Assembly: GCA_036343235.1 (NCBI GenBank)
Contig: JAZASQ010000002.1
Location: 559-64,558, forward strand
DNA from: Lachnospiraceae bacterium
GTDB taxonomy: Bacteria; Bacillota; Clostridia; Lachnospirales; Lachnospiraceae
Direction of reading: 5' to 3'
Length of the DNA stretch: 64,000 nt
Part shown: positions 1-9,180 of the stretch, one piece after another
Layout of the letters: the number at the start of each line of letters is the position of its first letter
Numbering within the stretch: position 1 is the first letter of the stretch
Notes under the pieces: model-generated
Told to the model about the DNA's origin: nothing
Databases searched by the model: none
Seen by the model: the letters and a program-made list of their open reading frames with translations, nothing else
Program-made: the position numbers and the translations under genes

Positions 1-809
1 GAGCCGTGACTGAGGAAGAAATTAAGACCATCGTAGACGTAGGCCATCGGAGCGGCACGATTGAGGACGACGAAAAGGACTATATCCACAATATCTTCGA
101 CTTTTCAAATTCCGAGACCAAGGAAATCATGATTCCCCGTATCGACATGACGGCCGTCAACGCCAACTGGTCCTACGACAAACTCATGGAAATCTTCGCA
201 GAGCACATGTACACCCGCTACCCTGTCTACGAAGGGGATATCGACCACATCATCGGCATCATCAATATGAAGGACCTACTGACCATGGACCGGACCAAGC
301 CCTTCTCCGTCCGCCGCTGCCTAAGGGAGCCTTACTTCACCTTCGACCACAAGGCCTGCGCCGAGCTCTTCGACGAGATGCGGACCAAGTCCATTTCCAT
401 GGCCATCGTGAAGGACGAGTACGGAGCCGTGGCCGGACTCATTACTCTTGAAGACCTGCTGGAAGAGCTGGTCGGGGAAATCCGGGACGAGTACGATACC
501 TATGAAGAGGACGATATCGTACAGACCGGAGAGAACGAGTACGACGTCCTGGGCACTACAAATCTTGAAGACCTCTGCGATGCCCTGGATCTCGACTTCA
601 CGTCAGAGGACTACGACACCATTGGCGGCTACCTCACCGGTCTCTTCGACCACTTCCCCGAAACCGGAGAAACCTACGTCACAAAGGAAGGCATACTGCT
701 TCGGGTCAAGGAGACGGGCAGAAAGCGGGTCAAGAAGGTCAGCATCCGCCTTCCCGAGAACTGGGGAGAAAAGACAGAAGCTCCGTCCGAAAAGGATTCT
801 CTGTCATGA
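1..809 (+). CDS. CNNM/CorC (TlyC)-family hemolysin-like protein, C-terminal part; the 5' end lies outside the window
   Basis: ORF 6..809 is open to the window edge. It shows a CBS-pair-like region followed by a CorC_HlyC-type C-terminal domain (ITLEDLLEELVGEIRDEYD). Confidence 0.8.
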   Translation, partial: AVTEEEIKTIVDVGHRSGTIEDDEKDYIHNIFDFSNSETKEIMIPRIDMTAVNANWSYDKLMEIFAEHMYTRYPVYEGDIDHIIGIINMKDLLTMDRTKPFSVRRCLREPYFTFDHKACAELFDEMRTKSISMAIVKDEYGAVAGLITLEDLLEELVGEIRDEYDTYEEDDIVQTGENEYDVLGTTNLEDLCDALDLDFTSEDYDTIGGYLTGLFDHFPETGETYVTKEGILLRVKETGRKRVKKVSIRLPENWGEKTEAPSEKDSLS

Positions 810-1734
810 GATAAGCAGAATAATATTTCTCATAGAACTTTTTCAGATTCTGCTGGGACAGGGCAGGCACAGCTTCCTTTGTGAGCTTGGCCTGCTCTTT
901 TCGTATGGAGAGGACCTTGTAGCTGGTCATGCGGGTGGAAACGCCGGAGGGATAGATTTCCTCCAGGGTCTCCAGACAGACGGCACAGAGCATGCAGGGG
1001 TATTCGGGCACCCGCCCGTAGTGAAAGCAGCCCCCGTCCGTGAAGATGGCGTGGGGCCGGTAGCCGGTCATGCCCGGGCGATTGACGCCCGGCACATCGG
1101 ACTTACTTGAAACGTAGACAGCTGAAATGGTCGGGGTGTGACCGCAGACCACAACCGGAATCTCGTCCGGATACATGCTCTCGTACTTCTTGAGTTCAAA
1201 AGGAGAAATGCCATCGCAGGATCGGCCGTAGAGATTGATCCACCGCTGCCGTTCCGAATCCTTTTCCTCGGACACAGAGTACCATGCGTGGGCCAGGTAA
1301 TAGTGAACCTTCTTTCGTCCGGTCTCCGGAGCCGCGTCGACAACCAGCTCATCGGAATACCGGAGGCTGTGGAAGAAGTTTGCAATCCGATCCAGAAGCT
1401 CCTCCGTCACATCGCACTCTTTCTGCAGGCGGCGGTAGAAATCATACTTGGACTCCGGCGGAAAAAGGGTACGGACTGACTCGCTCTGCCACTCCAAGTA
1501 TTTCCGGTACCAGAGCAGGACCTCCTCCTCATGATTTCCCCGGAGACAGCGGATGGGGCCGTCTTCCGTGACATTCTCCATTGCCCACTTCAGGGTCTCC
1601 GCCATCTTCGGCCCCTGGTCTATGATATCTCCCATGAGATAGATGACAGGCTCCGGGTCCCTTGCATATATCTTTTCTATTACAGCTGTCAGCTCGTCAA
1701 GACAGCTGTGCACGTCTCCTATGCAGTAATGCAT
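739..1734 (-). CDS. Metallophosphoesterase (calcineurin-like Ser/Thr phosphatase / ApaH-PrpE-like)
   Basis: The N-terminus carries GDVHSC, GDIIDQGP and GNHEE, the classic metallophosphoesterase motifs. SD GGGAGA lies upstream of the ATG. Confidence 0.75.
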   Translation of the reverse strand: MHYCIGDVHSCLDELTAVIEKIYARDPEPVIYLMGDIIDQGPKMAETLKWAMENVTEDGPIRCLRGNHEEEVLLWYRKYLEWQSESVRTLFPPESKYDFYRRLQKECDVTEELLDRIANFFHSLRYSDELVVDAAPETGRKKVHYYLAHAWYSVSEEKDSERQRWINLYGRSCDGISPFELKKYESMYPDEIPVVVCGHTPTISAVYVSSKSDVPGVNRPGMTGYRPHAIFTDGGCFHYGRVPEYPCMLCAVCLETLEEIYPSGVSTRMTSYKVLSIRKEQAKLTKEAVPALSQQNLKKFYEKYYSAYLMTENPFRTELLSFLPSSREGGC

Positions 1735-1816
1735 GTATTTTCTCCCTGTAAAGGCTTCCGATATGTCCTTTCAATCATACCATATCTTAAGTCCGGGAGA
1801 GGCTCATTCGAAATAT

Positions 1817-2269
1817 TCAGACAATTGCCGGGCCGGCTTCCTCCACCGCATAATAGAACGTCTCTTCCGTATAGGCTCCGCTGTCCCGGCCTATATAAAG
1901 GCTGACCCTGTAAGCCCCGCTTTTCGGAAATGTCACTTCATTGCCATCCTCTGAAACCGCCCTTTCCGACACATCACGGCCGGCATCCGCTCCGGAGCAG
2001 AGCTCCACCTTTCGTACCCGGACTCCATACTCCTGCCCGGACAGGGACTTAATGAGGCCCTCCGCTGCCACAGCCTCTCCGCATCTCAGATGAACAGCAG
2101 CCACAAGGTCTTCCGAATCGACAGACTCTTCCCTGGCATAGGAGCGGCTGGAAAAGCCGGACATTCCTGTTGAAACAGTTAGTGCACCGGTAAAAATGAA
2201 GCACATGACCATAGCTCCTGTCAGAGCCGTCAGAATTGCACCCCAAAAGTTTTTTATTACTTCTTTCAT
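1817..2269 (-). CDS. Hypothetical membrane-anchored protein
   Basis: 150-aa ORF with one N-terminal hydrophobic helix. SD GGGAGG lies 8 nt upstream of the ATG. I recognise no family. Confidence 0.45.
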   Translation of the reverse strand: MKEVIKNFWGAILTALTGAMVMCFIFTGALTVSTGMSGFSSRSYAREESVDSEDLVAAVHLRCGEAVAAEGLIKSLSGQEYGVRVRKVELCSGADAGRDVSERAVSEDGNEVTFPKSGAYRVSLYIGRDSGAYTEETFYYAVEEAGPAIV

Positions 2270-2337
2270 GCCTTATACCTCCCTATATTCAAAGCAGATT
2301 CACTATATGCCGTTCTCCGAACCGCCACATATAAACC

Positions 2338-3633
2338 TCACCCCGAAGCCGCCCCTTCTATAAGGGATTTGCTCCCAAGACATGTCCGCCCATTTTTTCC
2401 CAGACGGAAGATTTCCGTCATAATTTCCTCCATCCGCTCCTGTTCGGCAGTCTTCTGTTCATCTGTGACAGGCGTAGTGATGGTAATCTTGTCCGCGGAG
2501 AAACGAATTGCCTCCTCTTCGTCAATATTCACTTCCTCAGGAACAGGCTCGTCTGCCAACTCCTCTTCTTTCGGATCCGGAAGAACCGGCTGCACTTCTT
2601 CTCTTTTTGATGACTGCAGCAATTCCTGCACCTCTGCCGGTAGAGCTCCCTGGACCATCTGTCCCCCCTCTACCAGCATAGTGCAGTCATTCTTCCCATC
2701 CTCCCTCACGAAAAGACCAATCTGGTCTATAGATCGTATAATGCGTCGGCTCCCGTCGGCACAGGCCACCGTCCGTTTCTTTACACGGATGCCTACATCG
2801 AGATAAGTGTAGACGTCGTTCAGGAATCCCTCTCCCCCGCTCCGGGAACCTGCCAGCCGGGCCAGGCGGGCCGGAATCTGCCGCACATCCCCGGCATGCG
2901 TCGTCGTGATCGTACTCAGGCCTGAGGAGAGGGCATCCATGAGCTGCTTTACTTCTCCGCCCCGAACCTCTGCAAAGAGAAGCCACGAAGGATTGAGGTG
3001 AAGGGCTGTCCGTAGAGCTTTCGCATAGTCCATGCCGGGGCCTGTGAGCAGGGCCGCTGTATCCCGGTCCGGGGCGAGGTTCCTGTAATGCCACTCCCCC
3101 GTCTCTTCTATGGTCACGACCCTCTCACCTGCCGGAATGAAAGTGGACAGGAAGCGGGCAAACTCTGTCTTTCCTGCCCCGGCCTCCCCCGTGACGCAGA
3201 GGGACAAACCAGCTTCTACGAAACTCTTCAGCAGCTCAAGAATTTCCTCACTGCAGAAGCCGTCCCGAACCGCTGTCTCTTCTGAAAGCCGCAGCCTTGG
3301 CAGGGCTTTGCGAATGGACAGAATGCCCCCTCCTTCTGAGGCAGCCGGATGCACTGCTGTAATCCTCAGGGACTCAATGCCGGCCTCCAGCACCGGATGT
3401 TCCCGGTCAAAAGGCCTGGAAACAGATGTGGCAATGCATTTGGCCAAGGCTTCCGCAAAGTCCTCCGGCAACCTTGTCTCCGCCGCCTGCTGCCTCTGGC
3501 CTTGTGCCATTCCGAGGACGACACTGCTTCCCGTGCAGTCAATATCCGTGATGTCGTCGTCAATCAGAAACTTATAGAGGGGACCGAAGCAGTCTGCCCA
3601 GTCCTCCCGTCGAATCGGGTGCTCTCCTGCCAT
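2338..3633 (-). CDS. Type II/IV secretion-system ATPase family protein (CpaF/TadA/VirB11-like) with an acidic C-terminal extension
   Basis: Walker A VTGEAGAGKTEF, Asp box LLFAEVRGGE and His-box TTTHAGD. SD AAGGAG is present. About 100 aa of Glu/Asp-rich tail follow the ATPase core. Confidence 0.7.
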   Translation of the reverse strand: MAGEHPIRREDWADCFGPLYKFLIDDDITDIDCTGSSVVLGMAQGQRQQAAETRLPEDFAEALAKCIATSVSRPFDREHPVLEAGIESLRITAVHPAASEGGGILSIRKALPRLRLSEETAVRDGFCSEEILELLKSFVEAGLSLCVTGEAGAGKTEFARFLSTFIPAGERVVTIEETGEWHYRNLAPDRDTAALLTGPGMDYAKALRTALHLNPSWLLFAEVRGGEVKQLMDALSSGLSTITTTHAGDVRQIPARLARLAGSRSGGEGFLNDVYTYLDVGIRVKKRTVACADGSRRIIRSIDQIGLFVREDGKNDCTMLVEGGQMVQGALPAEVQELLQSSKREEVQPVLPDPKEEELADEPVPEEVNIDEEEAIRFSADKITITTPVTDEQKTAEQERMEEIMTEIFRLGKNGRTCLGSKSLIEGAASG

Positions 3634-4008
3634 ATTTTCTCCTTCATGACTAATGTAAAGCGCCGGGCAATTGCCAATATTGCCTTCTCCTGCCCGGCCT
3701 GCCTAAGGAGAACAGCCTGTATCTGGGGAAATCGGGGACGATAAAAAATAGAATCGGATAAAAGAATGTAAGAATTTCTGAAATGTCCCGCTGATTGAGA
3801 TAGGTGCACTATAGCAGGCAGAAGGACAAAAAACAAGAGAAGAGACTTCTGTTTAATAAAACTTTCAGGATTTGCCTCTTCTCTTAATTTTTTCTTTATA
3901 CCCTGTTCGAAAATCGAACGAAGTATAAAGAAATTTTTATCTTTATAAAATTTTGATAATGCCCGACAGACCGGACAAATTACGAACACCGCCGGACTTT
4001 TCCGGTCC

Positions 4009-4905
4009 TTATGCCAGAGCTTCCAGCTTTTTTACTGCCTTGTTGAAGAGCGCGCTGTCAATGGACTCACAGTCCCCCCGGTCGCAGGCCGCAGCAAAAT
4101 CCGCATTCATGGGGAGTTTTGCAAGAACATCGATGCCGAGCTCAGCCGCTGTCTCTTCAATATGGCTCTCGCCGAAGACACTTATATGCTCTCCGCAGTG
4201 GGGGCACTCGACATAGGAGTAATTCTCCACTACGCCAAGGACGGGCACTTTCATCATCTCCGCCATATTGTAGGCCTTCTTGACAATCATGGACACGAGC
4301 TCCTGGGGAGATGTGACGATGACAATGCCGTCAATAGGCAGGGACTGGAAGACAGTGAGGGGCACGTCTCCTGTTCCGGGCGGCATATCCACCAGCAGGT
4401 AGTCCAGGTCACCCCAGATGATATCTGTCCAGAACTGCTTCACGGTATTGGCAATGACCGGCCCTCTCCAGACCACGGGCTGGGTGTCATCATCAAGGAG
4501 AAGGTTGATGGACATGATCTTCATTCCTTCGGCCGACTCAACAGGATAAGCCCCGTCCTCTGTCGCATAGGAGGGCCCGTGGACCCCGTACATCTTCGGA
4601 ATCGAAGGGCCTGTGATATCCGCATCCAGGATGCCGACCGCATGGCCCTGCTTTCTCAGGGCGTTGGCAATGGCGCCGGTCACAAAGGACTTGCCGACAC
4701 CGCCCTTTCCTGAGACGACTCCGATCACGTGCCTGACGTGGCTGCCAGGATTCGGATCGGTCATGAAAGGATGCTCGGGAGTCGCGGATTTCGACACCTG
4801 AGTGTCTTCGCTTTCCTCCTTGCCCGAAGCCTTGCGGATTCGCTCCGCCGCAGCCAGTGCATCTTCTTTCGCCTTCTCCTGTTCAGGCGTGAGTTCTTCT
4901 GCCAT
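4009..4905 (-). CDS. Mrp/NBP35 (ApbC)-family iron-sulfur cluster carrier ATPase
   Basis: Deviant Walker A GKGGVGKS, a CPHC pair and MinD/Mrp-like layout. SD GGAGGA is present. Confidence 0.85.
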   Translation of the reverse strand: MAEELTPEQEKAKEDALAAAERIRKASGKEESEDTQVSKSATPEHPFMTDPNPGSHVRHVIGVVSGKGGVGKSFVTGAIANALRKQGHAVGILDADITGPSIPKMYGVHGPSYATEDGAYPVESAEGMKIMSINLLLDDDTQPVVWRGPVIANTVKQFWTDIIWGDLDYLLVDMPPGTGDVPLTVFQSLPIDGIVIVTSPQELVSMIVKKAYNMAEMMKVPVLGVVENYSYVECPHCGEHISVFGESHIEETAAELGIDVLAKLPMNADFAAACDRGDCESIDSALFNKAVKKLEALA

Positions 4906-5012
4906 AGTTTTCCTCCATCAGAATAATTTTCAGGAACAGGTATACCATACGATATCCGCCCATTTGCAGATGTTGCTCAGGTCACAAATTCGACCCGATT
5001 GTATTTTTTTGC

Positions 5013-5044
5013 ACAAGAAAAGCGGGCCGAATAAACGACCCGCT
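5013..5044 (-). terminator. Rho-independent terminator after etfA
   Basis: On the minus strand: AGCGGGUCG-UUUAUU-CGGCCCGCU followed by UUUCUUGU. Confidence 0.6.
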
Positions 5045-5084
5045 TTACATTATTCTTGAATCCTATGCGCCTGTCAAGCAGGAA

Positions 5085-6131
5085 TTATGCGGTCTTGGCC
5101 TTTTCTTCCCTGATGGCCTGGGTCAGCATGGGAACAATCTTGTTCAGATCGCCGACGATACCGTAATCAGCCACGTCGAAGATGGGAGCGGATTCATCCT
5201 TGTTGATCGCAATGATAATGTCGGACTCCTCCATACCGGCTACGTGCTGGATGGCGCCGGAGATACCGATGGCGAAGTATACGTTCGGCCGAACGGTCTT
5301 GCCGGTCTGGCCGACCTGCAGGTCCTTGGGCTTCCAGCCGGCGTCGACAACGGCACGGGAGCAGGAAACGGTTCCGCCGATGGCATCGGCAAGGTCGTCA
5401 AGGAGCTTGAAGTTCTCAGGAGACCCTACACCACGGCCGCCGGATACGAGGATCTTCGCGGACTGGATGTCGACCTTCTTGCCCATATCCTTGACCACGT
5501 TCAGAATCTCGACGTAGCGATTGTTCTCCTCAAGGGTGGGATGGAACTCGATGACCTCTGCCTTGCGGCCTTTTTCGGGCTGGCACTTCACCATAACGCC
5601 GGGACGGACAGTTGCCATCTGGGGACGGTTGTTGGGGCAGGCAATTGTAGCAATCGTGTTGCCGCCGAATGCGGGACGGGTCATGAGGAGCTGATTGTGA
5701 AGCTGCTCCTGACCTGCAACGGGATTCAGAGGGAAGTCGCCGATATCGAGCTTCGTGCAGTCTGCGGTAAGACCGGTAGCGACACGGGCGGAAACCGTAG
5801 GACCGAGGTCACGACCGATGGCCGTAGCGCCGACAAGCATGATTTCGGGCTTGTACTCATTGATGACTGCGGAAAGGGCCTGAGCGTAAGGCTCCGTCCG
5901 GTAGGTCTCAAGCTTGGGATCGTCTACGACGATGACGCGGTCTGCGCCGTACTCGCCGAGTTCATCCGTGAGACCCTTGATATTGGAACCGAGAAGAACT
6001 GCCGTAACCTCCGTATTCAGGGGCTGGGCCAGTTCCTTTGCTTTTCCGACCAGCTCGAGGGCAATACTGGAAAGCTCACCGTCGACCTGCTGCGCAAATA
6101 TAAATACGCCCTTGTAATCACTTAAAGCCAT
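5085..6131 (-). CDS. etfA: Electron transfer flavoprotein subunit alpha
   Basis: 348 aa with typical EtfA sequence including the C-terminal FAD-binding region (AIGISGAIQHVAGM). It lies adjacent to etfB and bcd. Confidence 0.92.
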   Translation of the reverse strand: MALSDYKGVFIFAQQVDGELSSIALELVGKAKELAQPLNTEVTAVLLGSNIKGLTDELGEYGADRVIVVDDPKLETYRTEPYAQALSAVINEYKPEIMLVGATAIGRDLGPTVSARVATGLTADCTKLDIGDFPLNPVAGQEQLHNQLLMTRPAFGGNTIATIACPNNRPQMATVRPGVMVKCQPEKGRKAEVIEFHPTLEENNRYVEILNVVKDMGKKVDIQSAKILVSGGRGVGSPENFKLLDDLADAIGGTVSCSRAVVDAGWKPKDLQVGQTGKTVRPNVYFAIGISGAIQHVAGMEESDIIIAINKDESAPIFDVADYGIVGDLNKIVPMLTQAIREEKAKTA

Positions 6132-6204
6132 TATATTTTCTCCTTATAAATAATATGTCGTCTCGAGTCTTGCAAAGCATCAGAAGCCTTGCAGAAACGC
6201 AGCA

Positions 6205-6993
6205 TTATATAACGTGCTTCTCTTCCAATTTGCCCATGATGTAGTCAACCGCACCCTTGGGATCGAGGTCGGCCTTCTTCTCGCCGGCACCTTTGCGTAC
6301 CTTGTCAGAAGCCTTGGCAATCTTGGTAGGAGAACCTGCGAGACCCATGTTCTCATCCTTGAGTTCGGTCAGGTCATCACGGCCCCATACGGTAACTTTC
6401 TTCTCGTCATAGGCATCGAAGATTCCGCCGGGAGTCATATAACGGGGTTCATTGAGTTCGGAAAGGGCTGTAATGAGACAGGGCATCTTGGCCTTGAGCT
6501 CATGATAGCGGTCCTCGTACTGACGCTTAACGATGACATAGTCGCCCTCGACCTTGATCTCCTCGGCATAGGAGATGACAGGAATTCCGAGGTGCTCTGC
6601 GATCTGGGGACCTACCTGGGCGGTATCACCGTCGATAGCCTGACGGCCGGTGATGATGAGGTCATAGTCGATCTTCTTGAGGCCGGCTGCAATCGTGGAA
6701 GATGTAGCCCAGGTATCAGCGCCGCCGAGACGGCGGTCAGTCAGAAGATAGCCGTCATCAGCGCCCATAGCCATAGCCTCGCGGAGAACATCGTCTGCCT
6801 TGGGAAGACCCATAGTAAGAACGGATACATGAGCGCCGTACTGGTCCTTCAGACGAAGGGCAGCCTCAAGGCCGGCCTTGTCATCGGGGTTCATGATGGT
6901 CATCATGGCGCCTCTGTTCAGCGTTCCGTCCGGATTGAAGACTACGCCGCCTGCTGTATCCGGAACCTGTTTGATACAAACAACAATATTCAT
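6205..6993 (-). CDS. etfB: Electron transfer flavoprotein subunit beta
   Basis: 262 aa. The N-terminus MNIVVCIKQVPDT is the EtfB signature. Confidence 0.92.
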   Translation of the reverse strand: MNIVVCIKQVPDTAGGVVFNPDGTLNRGAMMTIMNPDDKAGLEAALRLKDQYGAHVSVLTMGLPKADDVLREAMAMGADDGYLLTDRRLGGADTWATSSTIAAGLKKIDYDLIITGRQAIDGDTAQVGPQIAEHLGIPVISYAEEIKVEGDYVIVKRQYEDRYHELKAKMPCLITALSELNEPRYMTPGGIFDAYDEKKVTVWGRDDLTELKDENMGLAGSPTKIAKASDKVRKGAGEKKADLDPKGAVDYIMGKLEEKHVI

Positions 6994-7029
6994 AACCAGT
7001 ATTTCTCCTTTTATTCTGAACAGGTGTAA

Positions 7030-8181
7030 TTATTTCAGAAGGTCTCCGGAAATGACCATACGCTGAACTTCAGATGTTCCTTCGTAGATCTCGGTGATCT
7101 TTGCATCACGCATCATGCGCTCTACATCGTAATCTCTCATGTAGCCGTAACCGCCCATGAGCTGAACAGCCTTCGTAGTAACGTCCATGGCTGCTTCTGC
7201 TGCGAAGAGCTTTGCATGTGCTGCCTCAACAGAGTAACGGGGCTGAGTCGTCTTGGCCATGGCAGCGGCATATACGAGGTACTGGGCAGCCTGCATCCGG
7301 GTTGCCATGTCAGCCAGCTGGAACTGGGTATTCTGGAAGGCGGAAATGGACCGGCCGAACTGCTTTCTCTCTTTAACGAAGTCAACGCAGCAGTTCAGAG
7401 CGCCTTCGCCGAGACCGAGGGCCTGGGCAGCGATACCGATACGGCCGCCGTCAAGAGTATGCATGGCCTGGTTGAATCCCTTGGTCCGGGTACCGAGCAT
7501 GTTCTCTTTCGGGATGCGGCAGTCCTGGAAAATGAGCTCGTAGGTAGATGAGCCGCGGATACCCATCTTCTTTTCCTTCGTACCGAATGTGAAACCAGGT
7601 GTTCCCTTCTCTACGATGAACATGGAGAATTTCTTCTGGGGACCGCGCTTGCCTTCAACGATATCCGTAACGGCAACGATACAATAAATATCTGCTTCCT
7701 TGCCGTTTGTGATGAAGCACTTAGAGCCGTTTAAAACCCAGCTGTCGCCATCCTCTACGGCCTTTGTCTGGCATCCCTGGGCATCGGTGCCGGCACCGGG
7801 TTCTGTCAGGCCGAAAGCGCCGAGCTTCTTGCCGGAAGCGAGGTCAGGCAGGTACTTCTTCTTCTGCTCTTCCGTGCCCCAGAAAAGAATGGGGTCTACG
7901 CAGAGGGAAGAATGAGCGGAAAGGATGACGCCGGTGGTGCCGCAGACCTTTGAAAGCTCCTCAACTGCCATGACGTATGTCAGAGGATCGCAGCCCTGGC
8001 CGCCGTATTCCTTGGGAACGGTGATGCCGAAGAAGCCGGCCTTGGCCATCTTCTCAACGTTCTGCCGCGGGAAGACTTCTGTCTCGTCCGTCTCCTGGGC
8101 AGTGGGCTTCACTTCCTTCTCGGCGAAATCTCTGAAGAGCTGTCTCGCCATTGCATGTTTTTTATCCAGTGTGAAATCCAT
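7030..8181 (-). CDS. bcd: Butyryl-CoA (short-chain acyl-CoA) dehydrogenase
   Basis: 383-aa acyl-CoA dehydrogenase ending in the YEGTSEVQR motif. It sits in a bcd-etfBA arrangement. Confidence 0.9.
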   Translation of the reverse strand: MDFTLDKKHAMARQLFRDFAEKEVKPTAQETDETEVFPRQNVEKMAKAGFFGITVPKEYGGQGCDPLTYVMAVEELSKVCGTTGVILSAHSSLCVDPILFWGTEEQKKKYLPDLASGKKLGAFGLTEPGAGTDAQGCQTKAVEDGDSWVLNGSKCFITNGKEADIYCIVAVTDIVEGKRGPQKKFSMFIVEKGTPGFTFGTKEKKMGIRGSSTYELIFQDCRIPKENMLGTRTKGFNQAMHTLDGGRIGIAAQALGLGEGALNCCVDFVKERKQFGRSISAFQNTQFQLADMATRMQAAQYLVYAAAMAKTTQPRYSVEAAHAKLFAAEAAMDVTTKAVQLMGGYGYMRDYDVERMMRDAKITEIYEGTSEVQRMVISGDLLK

Positions 8182-8278
8182 TATTTATTTCTCCTATTAT
8201 CAATAATAATGAATGATAACAATCCGGAAAGTGGGAGCACGCATTGCGTGCTGTCCGTACCCCGGATTTATATTATTT

Positions 8279-9157
8279 TTAAAGCTCGTCCACAGGCGTC
8301 TGGGACCGGTCTTCACCGTATTTGTAGAAGCCGATGCCGGTCTTGCGGCCGAGATGGCCTGCGCGAACCATCTTTCTGAGGATAGTCGCACAGCGGTACT
8401 TGCTGTCATGAGTCTCATTGTAGAGAACGTCCATGATGGCTACAACGATGTCGAGACCGACGAGGTCGCCGAGTTCAAGGGGTCCCATGGGATGGTTGGC
8501 GCCGAGCTTCATAGCGCTGTCGATTCCGCTGATGCTTGCAACACCTTCCTGATAAATCGTAGCGCCTTCATTGATCATGGGGATCAGAATACGGTTTACG
8601 ACGAAGCCGGGAGCTTCGTTGACTTCAACGGGAGTCTTGCCCAGCATAGTGGCAATCTTCTTCACTTCCTCGACGGTCTCGTCAGGGGTGTTGGCGCCCT
8701 TGATGACCTCGATCAGCTTCATAACGGGTGCGGGGTTGAAGAAGTGCATGCCGATGACGGGCTTCTTCAGGCCGGAGCCGATTTCCGTGATGGAAAGGGA
8801 AGAAGTGTTGGACGCATAAATGCAGTTTTCGTTCTTTACGATATTTTCCTGCAGGTCCTTGAAGCAGTTCTTCTTGATATCCATGACCTCAAGGGCAGCC
8901 TCTACGACGAGATCAGGGTCTGTAGCGATAGTATTGAGACCGGTCTTGACCTTTGCAAGGATTGCATCGGCTGCGTCCTGGGTCATCTTTTCCTTCTTGA
9001 CGAGACGGGCAATGCCTTTCTCGATCTTTGCCTTTCCGCCGTCAGCAAATTCCTGCTTGATGTCGCAGAGGTATACGGTATCAATCCCATCGTTCTGAGC
9101 GAATGCCTGAGCGATTCCGCTTCCCATAGTTCCGGCTCCGATTACGGCAACCTTCAT
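8279..9157 (-). CDS. hbd: 3-hydroxybutyryl-CoA dehydrogenase
   Basis: The start is set at MKVAVIGAGTMGSGIAQ (Rossmann motif) with SD AAGGAGG. The longer ORF to 9244 begins inside the heptad repeat and is rejected. Confidence 0.9.
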   Translation of the reverse strand: MKVAVIGAGTMGSGIAQAFAQNDGIDTVYLCDIKQEFADGGKAKIEKGIARLVKKEKMTQDAADAILAKVKTGLNTIATDPDLVVEAALEVMDIKKNCFKDLQENIVKNENCIYASNTSSLSITEIGSGLKKPVIGMHFFNPAPVMKLIEVIKGANTPDETVEEVKKIATMLGKTPVEVNEAPGFVVNRILIPMINEGATIYQEGVASISGIDSAMKLGANHPMGPLELGDLVGLDIVVAIMDVLYNETHDSKYRCATILRKMVRAGHLGRKTGIGFYKYGEDRSQTPVDEL

Positions 9158-9180
9158 TTTGCGTTCCTCCTTTAATTTAA

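Noticed and set aside
3564-3989. 141-aa minus-strand ORF in the AT-rich spacer.
   Set aside because: It overlaps the start of the ATPase gene in another frame. It runs through AT-rich non-coding sequence, has no SD and gives an implausible composition.
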